Positions 1-14,268 of a DNA stretch of 64,000 nt are shown piece by piece (the first letter of the stretch is position 1; each line of letters opens with the position of its first letter). The position numbers were made by a program, and so were the translations under genes. The notes below the pieces were generated by a model. That model worked only from the letters and a program-made list of their open reading frames with translations, made no database searches and was not told the origin of the DNA. The stretch is from Eledone cirrhosa (Eukaryota), in NCBI GenBank assembly GCA_964016885.1, contig OZ024745.1, positions 66,588,001 through 66,652,000 on the forward strand, given 5' to 3'.

Positions 1-289
1 TGGCGTTTCTCAATTGTATAATGCGTCCTGTTGCAACGGATTGATTTTCTTATTGGTAATTGTCACAGTACAGCTAAAGATCAAAATCGCTCCCCGCTAT
101 ATATTTTTTTATTTATGGACCCGTAATTTCTGATGGAGTTATAAAGGCACCATATGTCAATATGGCATTTTTGGAGGCATTCTTAAACCTGGCGGAGTCC
201 ATCTCCTCTCCAGATATCAACAAAAATTTAGAGTGAGAAAAGGAAGTGAGAAATGAGAAAGAGATATAGAGGAAAAATCCTTGCGAGTA

Positions 290-415
290 CTAGACAGGTA
301 CTTTTTTTATCGACCTCGAAAAGATGAAAAGCAAAACTGACCTCCGTGTGCCAGAACGAATACCGCAAAGCATTGTGCTCGAAGTTCTAACGACTATGCC
401 AATCCACAGCCTTCT
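290..415 (-). mobile_element. tRNA-derived SINE, diverged
   Basis: GGTACTTTTTTTATCGACCTCGAAAAGATGAAAAGCAAA is the reverse complement of the family core. Confidence 0.65.
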
Positions 416-2247
416 CCGATATTACATGTTCATCAAATAACATTTCATGGTTGTCTTTCATACCTTTCTTAAACAGAATTAATCATTAATATAATGATTT
501 TATCACATCACTATATTTGTTATTTTACTTTATTATGATTCCCTAGCATACTATATTAAATACGTTAGTGACTACTTTGCTATTTGTTCTTTCTGCAGTG
601 GGAAACTCTCTCTATCAGCCCTATTATTTCCCATATTGGTGTTTGATTTCACGAATATATTACCATATTGTCAATTATAAACTGCTTCGTGAAGGCTGTT
701 TTATGTGACTAACATTCCTGCGAGAGTATAAGCGATCGTTAAATGGATATGGGATCAAACGTGATGCAATTATACATGGTCATTTAAATATTTTGGACTT
801 TATTAGTTTATCCATCTTTCGAGTAATTAAATTCCTTAATCATCATAAAAATATGCAAATATTATTAGATCTCAGGATATGAACATTCGCTGAATTAATA
901 TTTAAGATTTCGAATTTAATTACAGAATTTTCTCATACACAAGTGTTTAAATTGTGAGCGTCCGTTATCATGTTAACCGAGTCTTCACACTCTAATCTCC
1001 AGGTATATAACTGTATATTTACAGTTATATATTAACAGATCATATCGTTTTCATAGGAAATGGCGTACCAGGTAATTACAAGAAGAGTATGCATATAGCT
1101 GCATATAATCTGATATTTAAGGTTAAGAATTTCGCGTTACACCCACGGCATTCTAGGTTCAACCCAACTGCATGATACATGCAGGTGATTGATAATTTTA
1201 TGATTGGCTGGGCTGATGTCTGTCATTTTGGGTTGTTAGTATATTATAGATATGTACCACAAAATATAACGGCATAAACACTAAAGCAAAAACGAACTCC
1301 TCAATATAGAATATAACTTGGATCACAATTCCACACCACTTCCTACGTCACTCATAAAATCCACAAAGACGTCCTCTCAAACACCAAATTGATTAACTCC
1401 AGAAGAGATATTCTGAATCTATAAGCTTAATCTTGACGTCATCAGCGTTAATTTCAGAAGTACGACTGGAAGATGGAACCGACACAGAACCCCCTACATG
1501 CATCATGCTGGGCCTTGTGAAAGAGACAATAATTTCAAGGGTAGATTTATCCAGTTCGAACAATCCTTTATGGAAAAGAGCCGGGGAAAATTCAATTTAC
1601 TTCTCCCGTTTCATCTGCAAGCTTAATGGCTAGCAATACCATTCCCATCATAAGATGTACCCTAGACAGGGCACTACTTTACCGTCCCCCGAAGCACTAC
1701 TGGGAGCTTTGACTTAGCGAGGGGTTGCACATATCACAGCAATCTGCAACATCTATCAACAAAAAATTCAACCTACAATTGTGCTGTCACCTTATAAACA
1801 CCGTGGTAATCTAGCTAAAGCTTCCGTCACCAAACAAATCGCAAGAAGCAGCCTAGCTCCACCAAGCCTTCCGTATGTGCAGTGAGCATATCACTAACCC
1901 TTAAACCGGCATAGCAATACAACTTCTGCCTCCAGTGTATAGACCAGATAAACGTCTCTGAGTATCTTTATATCAGCCTCACACAAGCAGAGAATTAGCA
2001 GAATGAAACATGCATTAGTTCTGTGGCGATATCAGTTAGCCAAAACACTGCTTTCAGTCAACTACCTGTCAAATTGTTGGAGCAAATGATCCAGCGCATC
2101 ATCCGCCCTGTTGCCTGCGTTTATTGCATGGTTTAAACATGCTGCGTTACCATAATGGATATCGGAGCACGTATTCTTAAAAAGACAATCCACAAGCATC
2201 ACCATTTCCGAGAAAGAGAGAGAAAGTGCTAGAGAGAGTAAAAGAGG

Positions 2248-2287
<40 letters not shown>

Positions 2288-2439
2288 GGATGAGAGAGGG
2301 ATGAGTGAGAGAGAAAGCTGACATAATTATCGCAATTTATTCAAAATGGCACTCTAAAGTCAGTGCATATTCAGTACACACACAGACACATATCTGGTAA
2401 CCTAATGCCGCGTCCTCGTCAGCAGAGTTCTTCAAAACA

Positions 2440-3040
2440 CAATAGAACCCTCTGTGTTCGGAGAGCGTGAGGCCGCCTGTGAGACGTGGGACCGGCTGGG
2501 ACTTAGCCCAGTAGATGTCCCTCCTCCTTCTCCCCCTGCTGACGTCAAGTCCTCCCAAAGCACTTGGGATACCATCCAGTGCAACCTGGCTTCATACAGG
2601 CTCACGCGCCAGCTCGACCAGCACCGCCTTGCCGGTTTTCGTGCGGCCTCCAAACCCCACAGTGGTGCCTGGCTCCGTGCCCTGCCCTCCTCCACTGGCA
2701 CGCAGCTAGACAACAATATCCTGCGCATCAGCGTTTCCATCAATGTCGCTGCGGTTCCACCCGCTTTCCTCTCCCCAAAGTACCGGCCGCTTTCCATGCC
2801 ATGCTGCCCTCAACGAGGTCATAAAGAATGGCTTGGACGCTGCAGGCTTCCCTTCCTACCTCGAGCCGGTGGGGCTGGACCGAGGGGACGGCAAAAGGCC
2901 AGATGGCATGACCATTTTCACATTCCGCGGTGGCAAACCCCTCATCTGGGATGCCACTTGCACCCACACTTTCTGCAGCCGCAACCTGGTGCAGTCTGCG
3001 GCTAACCCAGGTTCTACTGGACGTCGGGCTGTTGAGGCCA
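2440..3040 (+). mobile_element. CRE-clade non-LTR retrotransposon fragment (C-terminal restriction-like endonuclease region)
   Basis: GC-rich island encoding HSGAWLRALP..GTQLDN..LRISV and, in another frame, HAALNEVIK..L....LEP.GLDRGDGKRPDGMT...GKPLIWDATC, typical of the CRE PD-(D/E)xK domain. Confidence 0.8.
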
Positions 3041-3592
3041 AACTCCAGTCAAGGGCATACGGGGTGCCTTTGTCCTTCAAGTCCCACACGAGGTCCGCCA
3101 GCCTAGTAGAGTGCCTCTTACTCCGTTATGGTCTTCCGCGGGCGTGGAGACCGCCGTGAGTGCCGGGTTGTGGTTGGAAGACTGGTTTGCGAGGGGCCCA
3201 TCGTGCTCCTATGGACGGTCATTCTGCTGCCGCGGTTGACGGTCCAGGTTTCCCATCTTCACCACATTGGTTTTGGCCATGTTAGGTGCTGTGGAGAAGG
3301 AAAACTTCACCGTGTGGCGGTTGAAAATCTTGTGGTATCTGTTCTATGGCGGGAAGCACTCGTCTAACGCTCGGAAAAAAAGGCTTGGTATATATGCAGC
3401 AATATACCAGGCCTCTTTTTCTGAGCGTTAGACGAGTGCTTCCCGCCATCGAACAGATACCACAAGATTTACAACCGCCACACGGTGAAGTTTTCCTTCT
3501 CCACAGCACCTAACATGGCCAAAACCAACGCGGTGAAGATGGGAAACCCCGACCGTCAACCGCGGCGGCAGAATGACCGTCCATCGGAGCAC
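3040..3592 (-). mobile_element. Second, GC-rich PLE fragment with a 390-bp fold-back
   Basis: 3203-3592 is an imperfect palindrome whose arms encode LDECFPPSNRYHKIYNRHTVKFSFSTAPN (compare KHFPSSHKYSKILNSKSIRLSYSTAPN in the large PLE). Minus strand 3110->3040 encodes STRLADLVWDLKDKGTPYALDWSL (compare TTLANKTWQLRERNQQFTLKWDIL). Confidence 0.75.
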
Positions 3593-4034
3593 CCGGTTTC
3601 CACTGACTTTCAATATACCTCTACCACAGTGACATACTCCAGTATGGCCGGTCCAAGTATCCCCATGCATGTGTATCTTTTCAATAGAGAGTCCATACTC
3701 TCCACGTATTCCATCTTGTAACACATATTATATATTCTGTATATCTCATGCTTCTCCTGTGTACTATCTCATACGCATACACGTTCCTCATTCTTCTTTT
3801 TTATATATCTCTATGTGACGTTATATCTATACTTTTAATATATTGCACGTTTATTTTTATATATGTGTATATACGTATGTGTATATATAGATTTATATAT
3901 ATATGTGTAGATATATGTGTGTGTATAAATGTATGTGCATGGTTATATTGTTTATATATGTGTATGCTTATAACAAGATGCATCATTTCATGTATGACCC
4001 ATTCTATGGCCCATTGTGTATCTTTATATGACTT

Positions 4035-4073
<39 letters not shown>

Positions 4074-4210
4074 CTTTGTAGGCTTGCGTGGGCCTGTATG
4101 TGAATAAGAGCAATTTTGTAAGAGTGTATATGAGCCAGTGTGTGTGTGTGTACAAGCACCAAATGTAGCGAAAGGGCTTGTTTGTGTGTATATATGTATG
4201 TCTATATATA

Positions 4211-4241
<31 letters not shown>

Positions 4242-4272
4242 GTGTGGGTGTGTGTGTATGTATGTGCGTATG

Positions 4273-4368
<96 letters not shown>

Positions 4369-4972
4369 TGAGCGAATCTGTATCTGTGCCTGTATATGGG
4401 CATGCAGGCAGGCGTCTGTGTATGCATATGTCTATGTTTTTTTTTATTTGCTCTCCTTAAGTGTGTGTGTATAGCGGGAGTCTATGCGTACGGATGTTGT
4501 CATCTATGTGATTCTCTGTGTGTGTGTGCGTGTGTGTATATGTGTGTGTGTGAGTACGCGCATGGATGTGTGAAATACCTAACCCAGTAGTAGTAATTCA
4601 TCGAAGTGTGACAGAAGGGAACAGCTATGGTCAGTAGAACTCACACCTGTTGGTCAGATGTATGATGACGTAGAAAAGCAGCAGCCAATAACAGGACGCG
4701 CGAAAAGGATGCTTTTGACGCAAATACCCCAGTGAAGGAATTTGCTCGGAAATCATTGGACGTGTCCGTCGAACCTGCAGATCGAGAATCAGACAGATCC
4801 ACACAATGATCGTGTCTCGAGCTGTCCGCCGGCGAAACAATTGTAACACACAATAAATTGAGTTCAGATGCATCCCTGATTTTTCGTTTTATATTATATC
4901 ACACTTTGCTCTTTAAGAGCATAGAGTGCTCAACCGGCATACCACCTATGGAAGCACCTTAGCTACCATCAG

Positions 4973-5003
<31 letters not shown>

Positions 5004-5344
5004 CGTGTGTGTGCACATGTGAGTGTGCATGTATATGATTACATATATAAACAATGTGACACATGTTTAAACTCTTAATTTAATTGGTGATTGAAAAAAT
5101 ATTGTTTCTCTATTGTACGATTGGTGCAACGTTATGAGCATACTGAGAGTTGCCACCGCACTACTAAAGATCAGAATCATTCTCCTCTCCATTTTCATAA
5201 ATGTTAATACATTTATGCTTCATGAACGTCTCTGATGCCTTTCTTGATCAGAAACCTTATTTAAGTTAATGATTTTATCTAATTAATCTGGGTGATATTT
5301 TTATCAAGTGACATTTCTTAGCTCACCAAATTATATTATTAGTT

Positions 5345-5456
5345 TTGAATCCCGCTGAGGTTTACTTTGCCTTTCATCTTTACGGGGTCGATAAAATAAA
5401 GTACCAGTAATGCACTGGTTAATTGCTGGCCTTGTGCCTAAAGTAGAAACAATTAT
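5345..5456 (+). mobile_element. tRNA-derived SINE (3' part)
   Basis: Core AATCCCGCTGAGG..ACTTTGCCTTTCATC.TTACGGGGTCGATAAAATAAAGTACCAGT...GCTGGCCTTGTGCC.AAAGTAGAAAC. Confidence 0.8.
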
Positions 5457-5991
5457 TAGTTTTCCATGCAGCAGGCGTCCTTGATTATTTTTCGCGAATA
5501 ATCCTTATATTATTGATTACTTTTATGAAATTATTACCATATTTTAATTATAAAGCGGTTCGTAAAGTTACCTGCATTCGATCAGATCTCCTCTATGAGT
5601 ATAATTAATCATTTACTAGATATGTTATCAAATATGATATAATTATAAAAAAGGAATTTAAATAGGAGGAACATTTTTACGTTATTAATATTTCTAATCA
5701 AGAAATGATTGAATATTTTTCTTTTGACTAATAAATTAAATCTATCCAATAATTAAATTTATCATACCAGATAAAGATCTCCAAACATTACACTAAATGG
5801 TACAGTTTATGTTGTGTTATATCTGAGACATGCTTTCGACAAATCTGGTGGTGCTATTCTTCCCCCAACCCATATTGAATGTAATGGTTTTCGTTCTGCT
5901 ACGTTCTACTAATTTTTAATATTTACTGAAAAAAGGAAATTTATACATACCTACGTACACACATATACACACAGACACACACTCTCTCGCA

Positions 5992-6077
<86 letters not shown>

Positions 6078-6094
6078 CGCACACACACACACAT

Positions 6095-6144
<50 letters not shown>

Positions 6145-6150
6145 ACTAGA

Positions 6151-6259
6151 AGGTAACTAAATAAAGTTGACCAGAACTTCAAAAATAGATATCTTATAAT
6201 ATGATTAATATTATAAGGTATCTATTTTTGAAGTTCTGGTCAACTTTATTTAGTTACCT
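6151..6259. repeat. Fold-back (~52-bp arms) between (TA)n tracts
   Basis: AGGTAACTAAATAAAGTTGACCAGAACTTCAAAAATAGAT... followed by its reverse complement. (TA)n ends at ~6138 and resumes at ~6475. Confidence 0.9.
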
Positions 6260-6471
6260 ACCTAATATGTGTGGTTACACACTTGTAAAAATTATCTCCT
6301 GTGATTATTCATGTTTATTTATATGTTAATCAATTTCTAGTTATTATAAAATGCTCGGACCTATTCGTTAGAATCTTAGAGCTTATTTTGCGGGTGATAT
6401 GGCGCATGTCTTTCTGGCATGACACCCATAATTTTAATTTTGATAAAATTCATTTTGATTTATCTTAATTT

Positions 6472-6660
<189 letters not shown>

Positions 6661-7180
6661 CTGAAGTAAAAGTTAAGTGGAAATAGCCAAGAGTAAGAGC
6701 ACTCGTGTGTATGAATATATATATATATATATATATATACGTACACACGCAGACAAATATATCTATATATTTTACAATTAGAAGGCCTGATCAGCGTCTT
6801 CCGCTCATGATAGTAATGTCGCAAGTTCAATACTTGCTGGCGCGTTCATTTTACTTGAGGAAGCATTTTACTTTAGTTCAGCTGTCTAAACATTGTTGTA
6901 CATATTATTAAAAAATCCGTCCTTGTTATATACTCTGTCGCGCAAAATTTTCAGGAAAACTAAAATTAGATTAATGTCTATAGATCAACCACTAGCAGTT
7001 TCGCTCCTCGAGCAACTGGGACACTCGGGCGAGGTCCAACACGTTCATACACGATGAAATTCTAACATATTTACACGACAAATGCTGTGAGACGCGTACG
7101 TATTGGTAAAAAAACAAAAAAATAAAATTGTGAAAATCTGGCTTTGTTGGATTTGATTCACTAATATATTATCTGAGCAA

Positions 7181-7249
<69 letters not shown>

Positions 7250-7280
7250 TCTTTATATATATATATATATATACATGAAC

Positions 7281-7320
<40 letters not shown>

Positions 7321-10300
7321 TTGTTTGCGTTTACGTGTGGGTGTAATAAAAGAAGTGAATAATTTATATTTAAGAATATTTCAAAACTTTACTTTTTAAA
7401 TATCCATTAGCGATGGAAATATTAATTTATTTACGTTGATTGATCTTGTATTTATATAGTATTTTTCTTTAAATAATGCCTCTCTGCTATTTCTTTATTT
7501 ACGTTTTATTTCCGCGATTATTTTATTATTATGTTTATGATACATTTTATTGCCATCGAAGCTTACAGCTTGATATCAATGTTTTATGATACTGTATCAA
7601 CCCCAGATTCTTTTGATGAGAGATTTTTGATGACGTATACTATCACGTAATAAAATCAGTCTGTGCTTTTAACAACCACAAATGTATAAATTTTTATCGG
7701 CGAGAACTACCAAATTGTGCCGAATACCCACGTCTATTATACCATTGTGGTCATCTAACTGATCTAAATGTTCTGAAAATTGTTATTACCTCTTATTGGA
7801 AATTCCTCTTGAAGTGGAACTTTCTTGAATAGAAGATTACGTACGATTATGTAATTTGTTGAACGAAAGCACATTTATGGAAACGAGTAATAGAAATTCA
7901 ATAATTTAATAAATGAACGAAAACGTAACACATTCTTATTGGTATCATTATAGTACTCTATATTTATACATGTATAGCCATTAAATGTTTATTACAACAC
8001 AATATACTGAGAAAATCAGAAGAAATTACGTGTTAACTGGATTTCCCAGAACCTTGTCTGTATGGAAAACATTGAAATGACTAGAGTAAAGACACAATAC
8101 TGTACCGACGGATAGATAGTGATAAACGCTTGGCTAAATTCACACGGAGACGTTTGGTATTGCTCAGAGGAGCATAGCATGGGGTAAGGAGTGTGGTTAA
8201 CAAGTGCAATGTTGTAGGGAACATAGCTAAGTATTTATCTAGGAACAAACGAAAAATTGAAAATAGACAAAGTTTGAAAAAAAGAAAGAAACAATGGGAA
8301 GTATAAGGAAAGCTATTGAAGACTTGCAAGTCATAGTTTTTACTTTCATATTCATATACTAAACATGCATATACCCACCTAGGTAAACTGCTACTCACGC
8401 CATCTCTTACCGAGCGTAGAGGTAAATTTCGAATGTTCATGGTTGTCAATAATTACCCCAAGAAAATTACCAGCAAATTTTAGAACAAGATAATGAGTTT
8501 CATTAATTTTTATGCAAATATTATCTTGACATGCACCTGAACACACCATCAGTGATGTGGCCAACATGTCTCGGACTTTCGAATTTAGCCACCCTCAAAA
8601 GAGCCACCCAACCGGAATTGATCAGCTTCAGTTTGTATTCAGATAGCAACACCCCGGTTACCTCTGCACCATCCATTGTTCACCCCTCCTCGACCACATC
8701 CCCTCTTGAGCAACGTCTATAACTTCGAACGCTAACTCGATATCTCATCTTTTACTGGCTCCTCTGATGCCCAACAATATGTCCTGAGGGTCTAACCTGC
8801 AAACCTCTGTATCAGTAGCCTCACACCTGCCTGTGCGCCCGTGGTTTAGATGTACTTCCCTCAGCTACAATACGCCATTCACTTTTTAATGTAACGCTCT
8901 CCGAAAATGGAGAGTTCAAATATTAATATACATCGACTTAGTGATGTTATGGTCTCTTGAATTCAGCATTAAACTAGATCCTTATGTAGAGATATCTACA
9001 TATAGAAATAGAGGAAATTTTGTTAAAAGCTAAAAGTAAAAATGAAATATGTTACAATTGACAGTAGCAGTACTACTTGTTTTCCTTAAGAAACACTTTC
9101 AAAATCTATATATCCCTTAAACTATGCTGGAGGAAGAAATATACCGTCGGAGAATCACCACAGGAATTATCGAATTTTCTCGTCATATATTTAAACTTAT
9201 TTGATTTAGCGGTGTAAACGAATGACACCTCTACTGCCAAGAACTATCGTGTATATAATAACACGTAATAGACATTTGAAACATGACTCAACTGAAACTG
9301 TTAACAACTTAGAGAATTGAATGAAATGCATACCGTTAGGAACAATTCCAAAAATTAATAGGTGGATACAGAAACATCAAAGCAAAAATTCATTTCCCTC
9401 GTGTCAAAACATTAGTGAACTTACTTCTGAACTGAAAGTAATATATTATATTTTTAAATATAATTATCTTTAGTCGGAAATTTATCAATACCTATTTTAT
9501 ACAACACTATCGTTCACTCTTTTACTGATTTCAACCATTCTGTGGTGGCAGTGTTGTGGCAGTTCTGGGACACTTCCATGAAAATGTCATTCTAAGGTTT
9601 ACATCGTATATAATTGCAAGTGTAAATGGAATTCATATTTTTGGAATTCCTTTTAGTTGAACATTAATCCGTCCTATTCCATTTTGCTTTCTTATTTGAT
9701 ACAATTTATTGCTTAAGTAGTGAGGAACTGACAAATGTTTCAATATTTGTATTTGTTGTTTCAGCGCGAATTACGTGATTTTAAACAGTTTGGAACAGTT
9801 TACTCCACTATGACGAATGTAATACTTAATGGTCAAATTTATGCTAGTTCTAATGTACAATTATATTTAATGCCATTAGGCAAATGAATAGATAAAAAAG
9901 TACACATAGGCTCAGAAGAGAATATTATTCTAATTACGAAGAACCTTAATTTTATTGAAAGGATTTCAAAACGTTGCTTAGAAATTATTCCAATTTCTTT
10001 AATTTCTGAGAATAGCACAATATGATGTATCGAATGTACACTGAATTTCAGTAAGCATCGTACATTTAGTTTATTGTGGGGATTCTAAGATAATTTTGTC
10101 TAGTTTAATTCAATTTTATGCATTTTATGAACTGTACCACATTGGTTGATAGGTTTATAACTATAGCGCCTATCAATGTCTTAATAGAATCAAGTAATGC
10201 GAGTGACAGGATAGTGACTGTACAATTTGTGTGGAGTAAATACGACAAGGTACTGTTACTTATGACCTGCTTATTGTGTTTCCGTACCGATGCATACATC

Positions 10301-10330
10301 CTGCGGCGAAATACACGGACGCACACATTA

Positions 10331-10437
10331 TCCGCCGAGGTTAACTTTGCCTTTCATCCTTACGGGGTCGATAAAATAAAGTACCAGTAATGTACTGCAT
10401 AATTGCTGGCCTTGTACCTAAAATAGAAACAATTATT
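10331..10437 (+). mobile_element. tRNA-derived SINE (3' part)
   Basis: Same core as 5345-5456. Confidence 0.8.
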
Positions 10438-10483
10438 AAACCCTCACACACTTATATACAGAAGTATGCACATATTCGCACCC

Positions 10484-10549
<66 letters not shown>

Positions 10550-11785
10550 GGGTGTACACAATTAACAGCTCAATTGAAGGTCCATACATAAAATTATTTG
10601 TGCAATTCCTTTTGAAAATCACCAATTAGATTAGACACATCGGAAGGAATTAGTATGTTTAAATAATTAATTTTAATTAATTTTAAATAATAAAGACATT
10701 GTGTAAAATATATTGTATTGTTGCTAAATATGTCCTAATCATTTGTGACCATCGTATTGATTACTCTACAAATAAAGAATATTTGACTGAATATTCAAAT
10801 GGTTATAAAATAACTTTGAGACTAAAACTGAATGTTCTCAAAGGTCATCAGCCTTATTACTATTACCTCAGATATACTTTCATAATCACTCATTCCCGAA
10901 ACACAGAACTGCGCTAATTCATCATATTAGCCAGTAAATATATTTTGGTGTACTTCAGATTTTTATCAATTGTGTATATTTAGAAATAACGAAATGACAT
11001 TTTTTTTCTGGAAAAATAAATTTGCAAATTCATATTTTGTGTATTTAATTGTATTTAATTTTTATGAACTTCTAAAATCCTTTAATATTTTATTAAACCA
11101 ATTTGTCTAGTTTTCGACAGCATTTCTTTTCTGTATTTATTAGAATATTTTCCCAGAAGATTTCGATGAATTTCTTTTCCTAGTGAGATTAGTAAACTTT
11201 TTTTATCGGAAACGCTATATAAAAATAAGTTTTGAATCAATGAACTTCAATAAATATTTTTAAATTGAAAAGAAAATTGAATTTTTGTTTTGTACTGAAA
11301 TAGATGAAGCTCAGAACTAGTTCTTTTACTTTTAGGTTATAATTTAAGGATGTAGCTATTGCAATATTTTCGCAGAAGTCTGGAATCGTAAGATTTTAGT
11401 TCAACGTGAAAAAAGTTTGAATATATTAGAAAAAGATTACTTAGACTTCTTTGATGAATGGAAGTGTCGGCCTTCAAAATCTATACTATATGTTCACTGA
11501 CTAGAAAATATCAGTAAGCCAGTATGCTAAATGATTGTTGTGGTTGTGATATGTAATCCATTTAGTTATGTTTGCAGCTTCAGCAACAGAACACACTCAA
11601 CAGTGGGGGATATATTCCAGATATCATATAATGTATACATGTATCACATGATTGTGTTTCGAACATCATCGAAAGCTACATTAGACACAACCCGACTAAA
11701 ATCTCCGACTGGAAAACCTGTATGTCTTTAATATGAAATATAACTTAGAAAAACATTTGAATAAGTATTAGTATATTTTTATAAG

Positions 11786-11845
<60 letters not shown>

Positions 11846-11853
<8 letters not shown>

Positions 11854-12264
11854 AAATAAAATAAATAAGTCAAATGTTTAAAATTTGGCTTCGTTTATTA
11901 CTGCTATATATATTTGGGTGACAGCCATCTTTGGCTGTGACCTCTTCAGGCAGTCCGAATTAGTGTGGTAGAGAAGAGTACACATGCTGTTGAGGTGTAT
12001 AACCTTCTCTACCACACTAATTCGGTGTACTAGAGGTGTATACTCGTCTCTACCACACTAATTTGGACTGCCTGAAGAGGTCACAGCCAAAGATGGCTGT
12101 CACCGAAATATATATAGCAGTAATAAACGAAGCCAAATTTTAAACGTTTGACTTATTTATTTTATTTTATTTTACAGTACTCCGGAGTAACCAAACCAAC
12201 CTGCGCACTTCGTCGAGTGCTCCAATCTGCATACTGAGGTGTTGGTATACAACCAACATATACT

Positions 12265-12270
<6 letters not shown>
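11846..12270 (+). mobile_element. Fold-back non-autonomous element in (TA)n carrying a hammerhead
   Basis: Inverted arms at ~11846-11990 and ~12030-12174, a ~95-bp unique tail, and (TA)n on both sides. Confidence 0.8.
12067..12121 (+). ncRNA. Minimal type I hammerhead ribozyme
   Basis: ACTGC-CTGAAGA-G GTCACAGCCA AAGA TGGCTGTCAC C-GAAA-TATATA-TA^GCAGT. The mirror copy at 11900-11954 (minus) has GAAA>CAAA. Confidence 0.85.
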
Positions 12271-12328
<58 letters not shown>

Positions 12329-13940
12329 AAGGATACTATTTATGGTTATGTATATACTAAAACCTTTTATAGTTATATATATATTATACCCTAAATAGTG
12401 AAAGACAGTAATTTATTACTACCTTATTACCAGTAAGATAAATAGCTCAATGTAACAACATCAGTTGTTTTACAGAGCAGTTATATAGAGAATACATGAA
12501 ACAAAGTTCTGTTTAAATCATTTATCTGCTTACAATTGTTTCTTCCAAACCGAGGTTTGGAGTCTTCGGAGCAATTATTCAGTGATTTTTAACATACTTG
12601 ACCTCCTTTTGAACGCAAGAGACATATAGAAACATATGTATATATTGACCCACAGTGGGTTGACAGCCATTATAATAATATAGCATGATAATTTACATAC
12701 AACGATTACAGTCGTATTAAGGGACAAAATTAAAATTAAAATAAAACATAGGCAGTCCACTAAGATAATGCAAAAGGAAAGCTACAATCAGAAATTATTT
12801 TAGAGCGAGTATTATTATGTCCTTACATATAACGTATTGATACAAATAATTAACCAAGATTCAACTTTTTTATAAATATCATTTGAAATAATGAGTTCTT
12901 GCAGAATTAAAAAAATAACACATCTGTTTATATCGCTTTTATAAATATACGTACAATGTTTCGGTGATTATAAAGAAATCCCGATGTCCGTTTTAATCTT
13001 AGTTGTTTACTCACCTGGCTTCAAACAATTGCTAATTCTTAAACTACAATGTTATGGTAGTTTCCATCGTTGTATTCTAATGTCCTGTATTCCGATCAGT
13101 TAAGTCCTTTCAATGCTTTTGCCATTGTATGAGAAAATATATTGTTAGAGACATGTGCGAACAGTCTCAAAATACTTGTTTTTCAAGTATACGGAAAGTC
13201 ACATCCTTTTCCTAGTGAAAAGTAATCAATACTAAGCTGCATGGGTGACTATTATGATTCTCAGTACAGACTTGTACAGTGTCTATTGTCAAACATATGT
13301 AATTTAGAAGACGCACATCTATCTAAGTTGATACCGGTTTAAGTAATAACCGGACAATCATATTGAAATTAAGAGGTCTAATGGGTATTGTGTTGAACAA
13401 ACGATCGTATGGTCATACGTTGAGTAACATGCATCATTTCGTGTTGCTTTTCAACATTGGAGTAAAAGTTTTAATCATTAAAACAACAAGTAAATCTCCG
13501 ACGTATTACCACGTGATAGAACGCCAGGTAAACCTGCAAAGGTGTGAGGTGTGAATTGCATCCCATTTCAGTCTGCTTGACTCTTGTTATTATTTTCTTT
13601 GGATTTATTTTAATGATTGTTCATGCCTATGGGTGAGTAGAATTAAATTTACGTTTTGTTAGGTAAAGATTGGTAGATATCTATCTTACACTGCTATTCT
13701 ACCAAAGGCATAACATTTTATAAATATGATATACAAAGTTTAATCATTTATACATCAAAGGAATGGTTGTTTGTATGGATCTATGCACACGCACACACAC
13801 ATACACATACAAACGCACAAAAAAAAATATATATATATGAAAGACGTAAAATAAGAAAATTATAGTAATTAGCTTACTTACGTAAATTTTTGTATAAGTT
13901 CACTGAGTCCGCGCATCGCCAGATATCTTAGCTGAGAATG

Positions 13941-14023
13941 ACTCCCTGATGAAGAAAAGGTTTCTCCATGATCTACATTTGGAGACTATGTATATTCCCT
14001 TTCAGAAACTAATTAGTTGGAGT
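13941..14023 (+). ncRNA. Type I hammerhead ribozyme inside an inverted-repeat element
   Basis: ACTCC-CTGATGA-(AGAAAAGG...TCTCCA/TGGAGA...CCCTTTCA)-GAAA-CTAATTAG-TT^GGAGT, with a palindromic stem III loop. Enclosed by ~45-bp inverted arms at ~13835-13880 and ~14031-14080. Confidence 0.75.
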
Positions 14024-14180
14024 GAAATTTAAGTAAGTAAGCTAATTACTATAATTTTCTTATTTTACGTTTTTCATATAATTGTTCTGCATCTCCTTGC
14101 ATTGAACCACAAAGTTACTAAGACAAAACCTATATATTTGCTTGCATAGGTATACATCTGTATATATATGTTGGTAGATA

Positions 14181-14226
<46 letters not shown>

Positions 14227-14268
14227 AATGATTAATAACAGGTAGACATCATAAAAAGGTAATTTATT

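Noticed and set aside
3748-4590. YI/CV/HT-rich ORFs here and throughout the window
   Set aside because: They are translations of (TA)n, (TG)n and (CA)n microsatellites.
6990-7030. HHR-like half motif GCTC-GAG-GAGC-GAAA-CTGC-TA (minus strand)
   Set aside because: The CUGANGA box is absent.
9765-11640. Possible small plus-strand host exons (after TTTCAG ~9764, TTCGCAG ~11375, TTGCAG ~11578; also ~42855, ~46811, ~60200)
   Set aside because: Splice-like signals are common by chance in AT-rich DNA and no protein is recognisable. RNA-seq would be needed.
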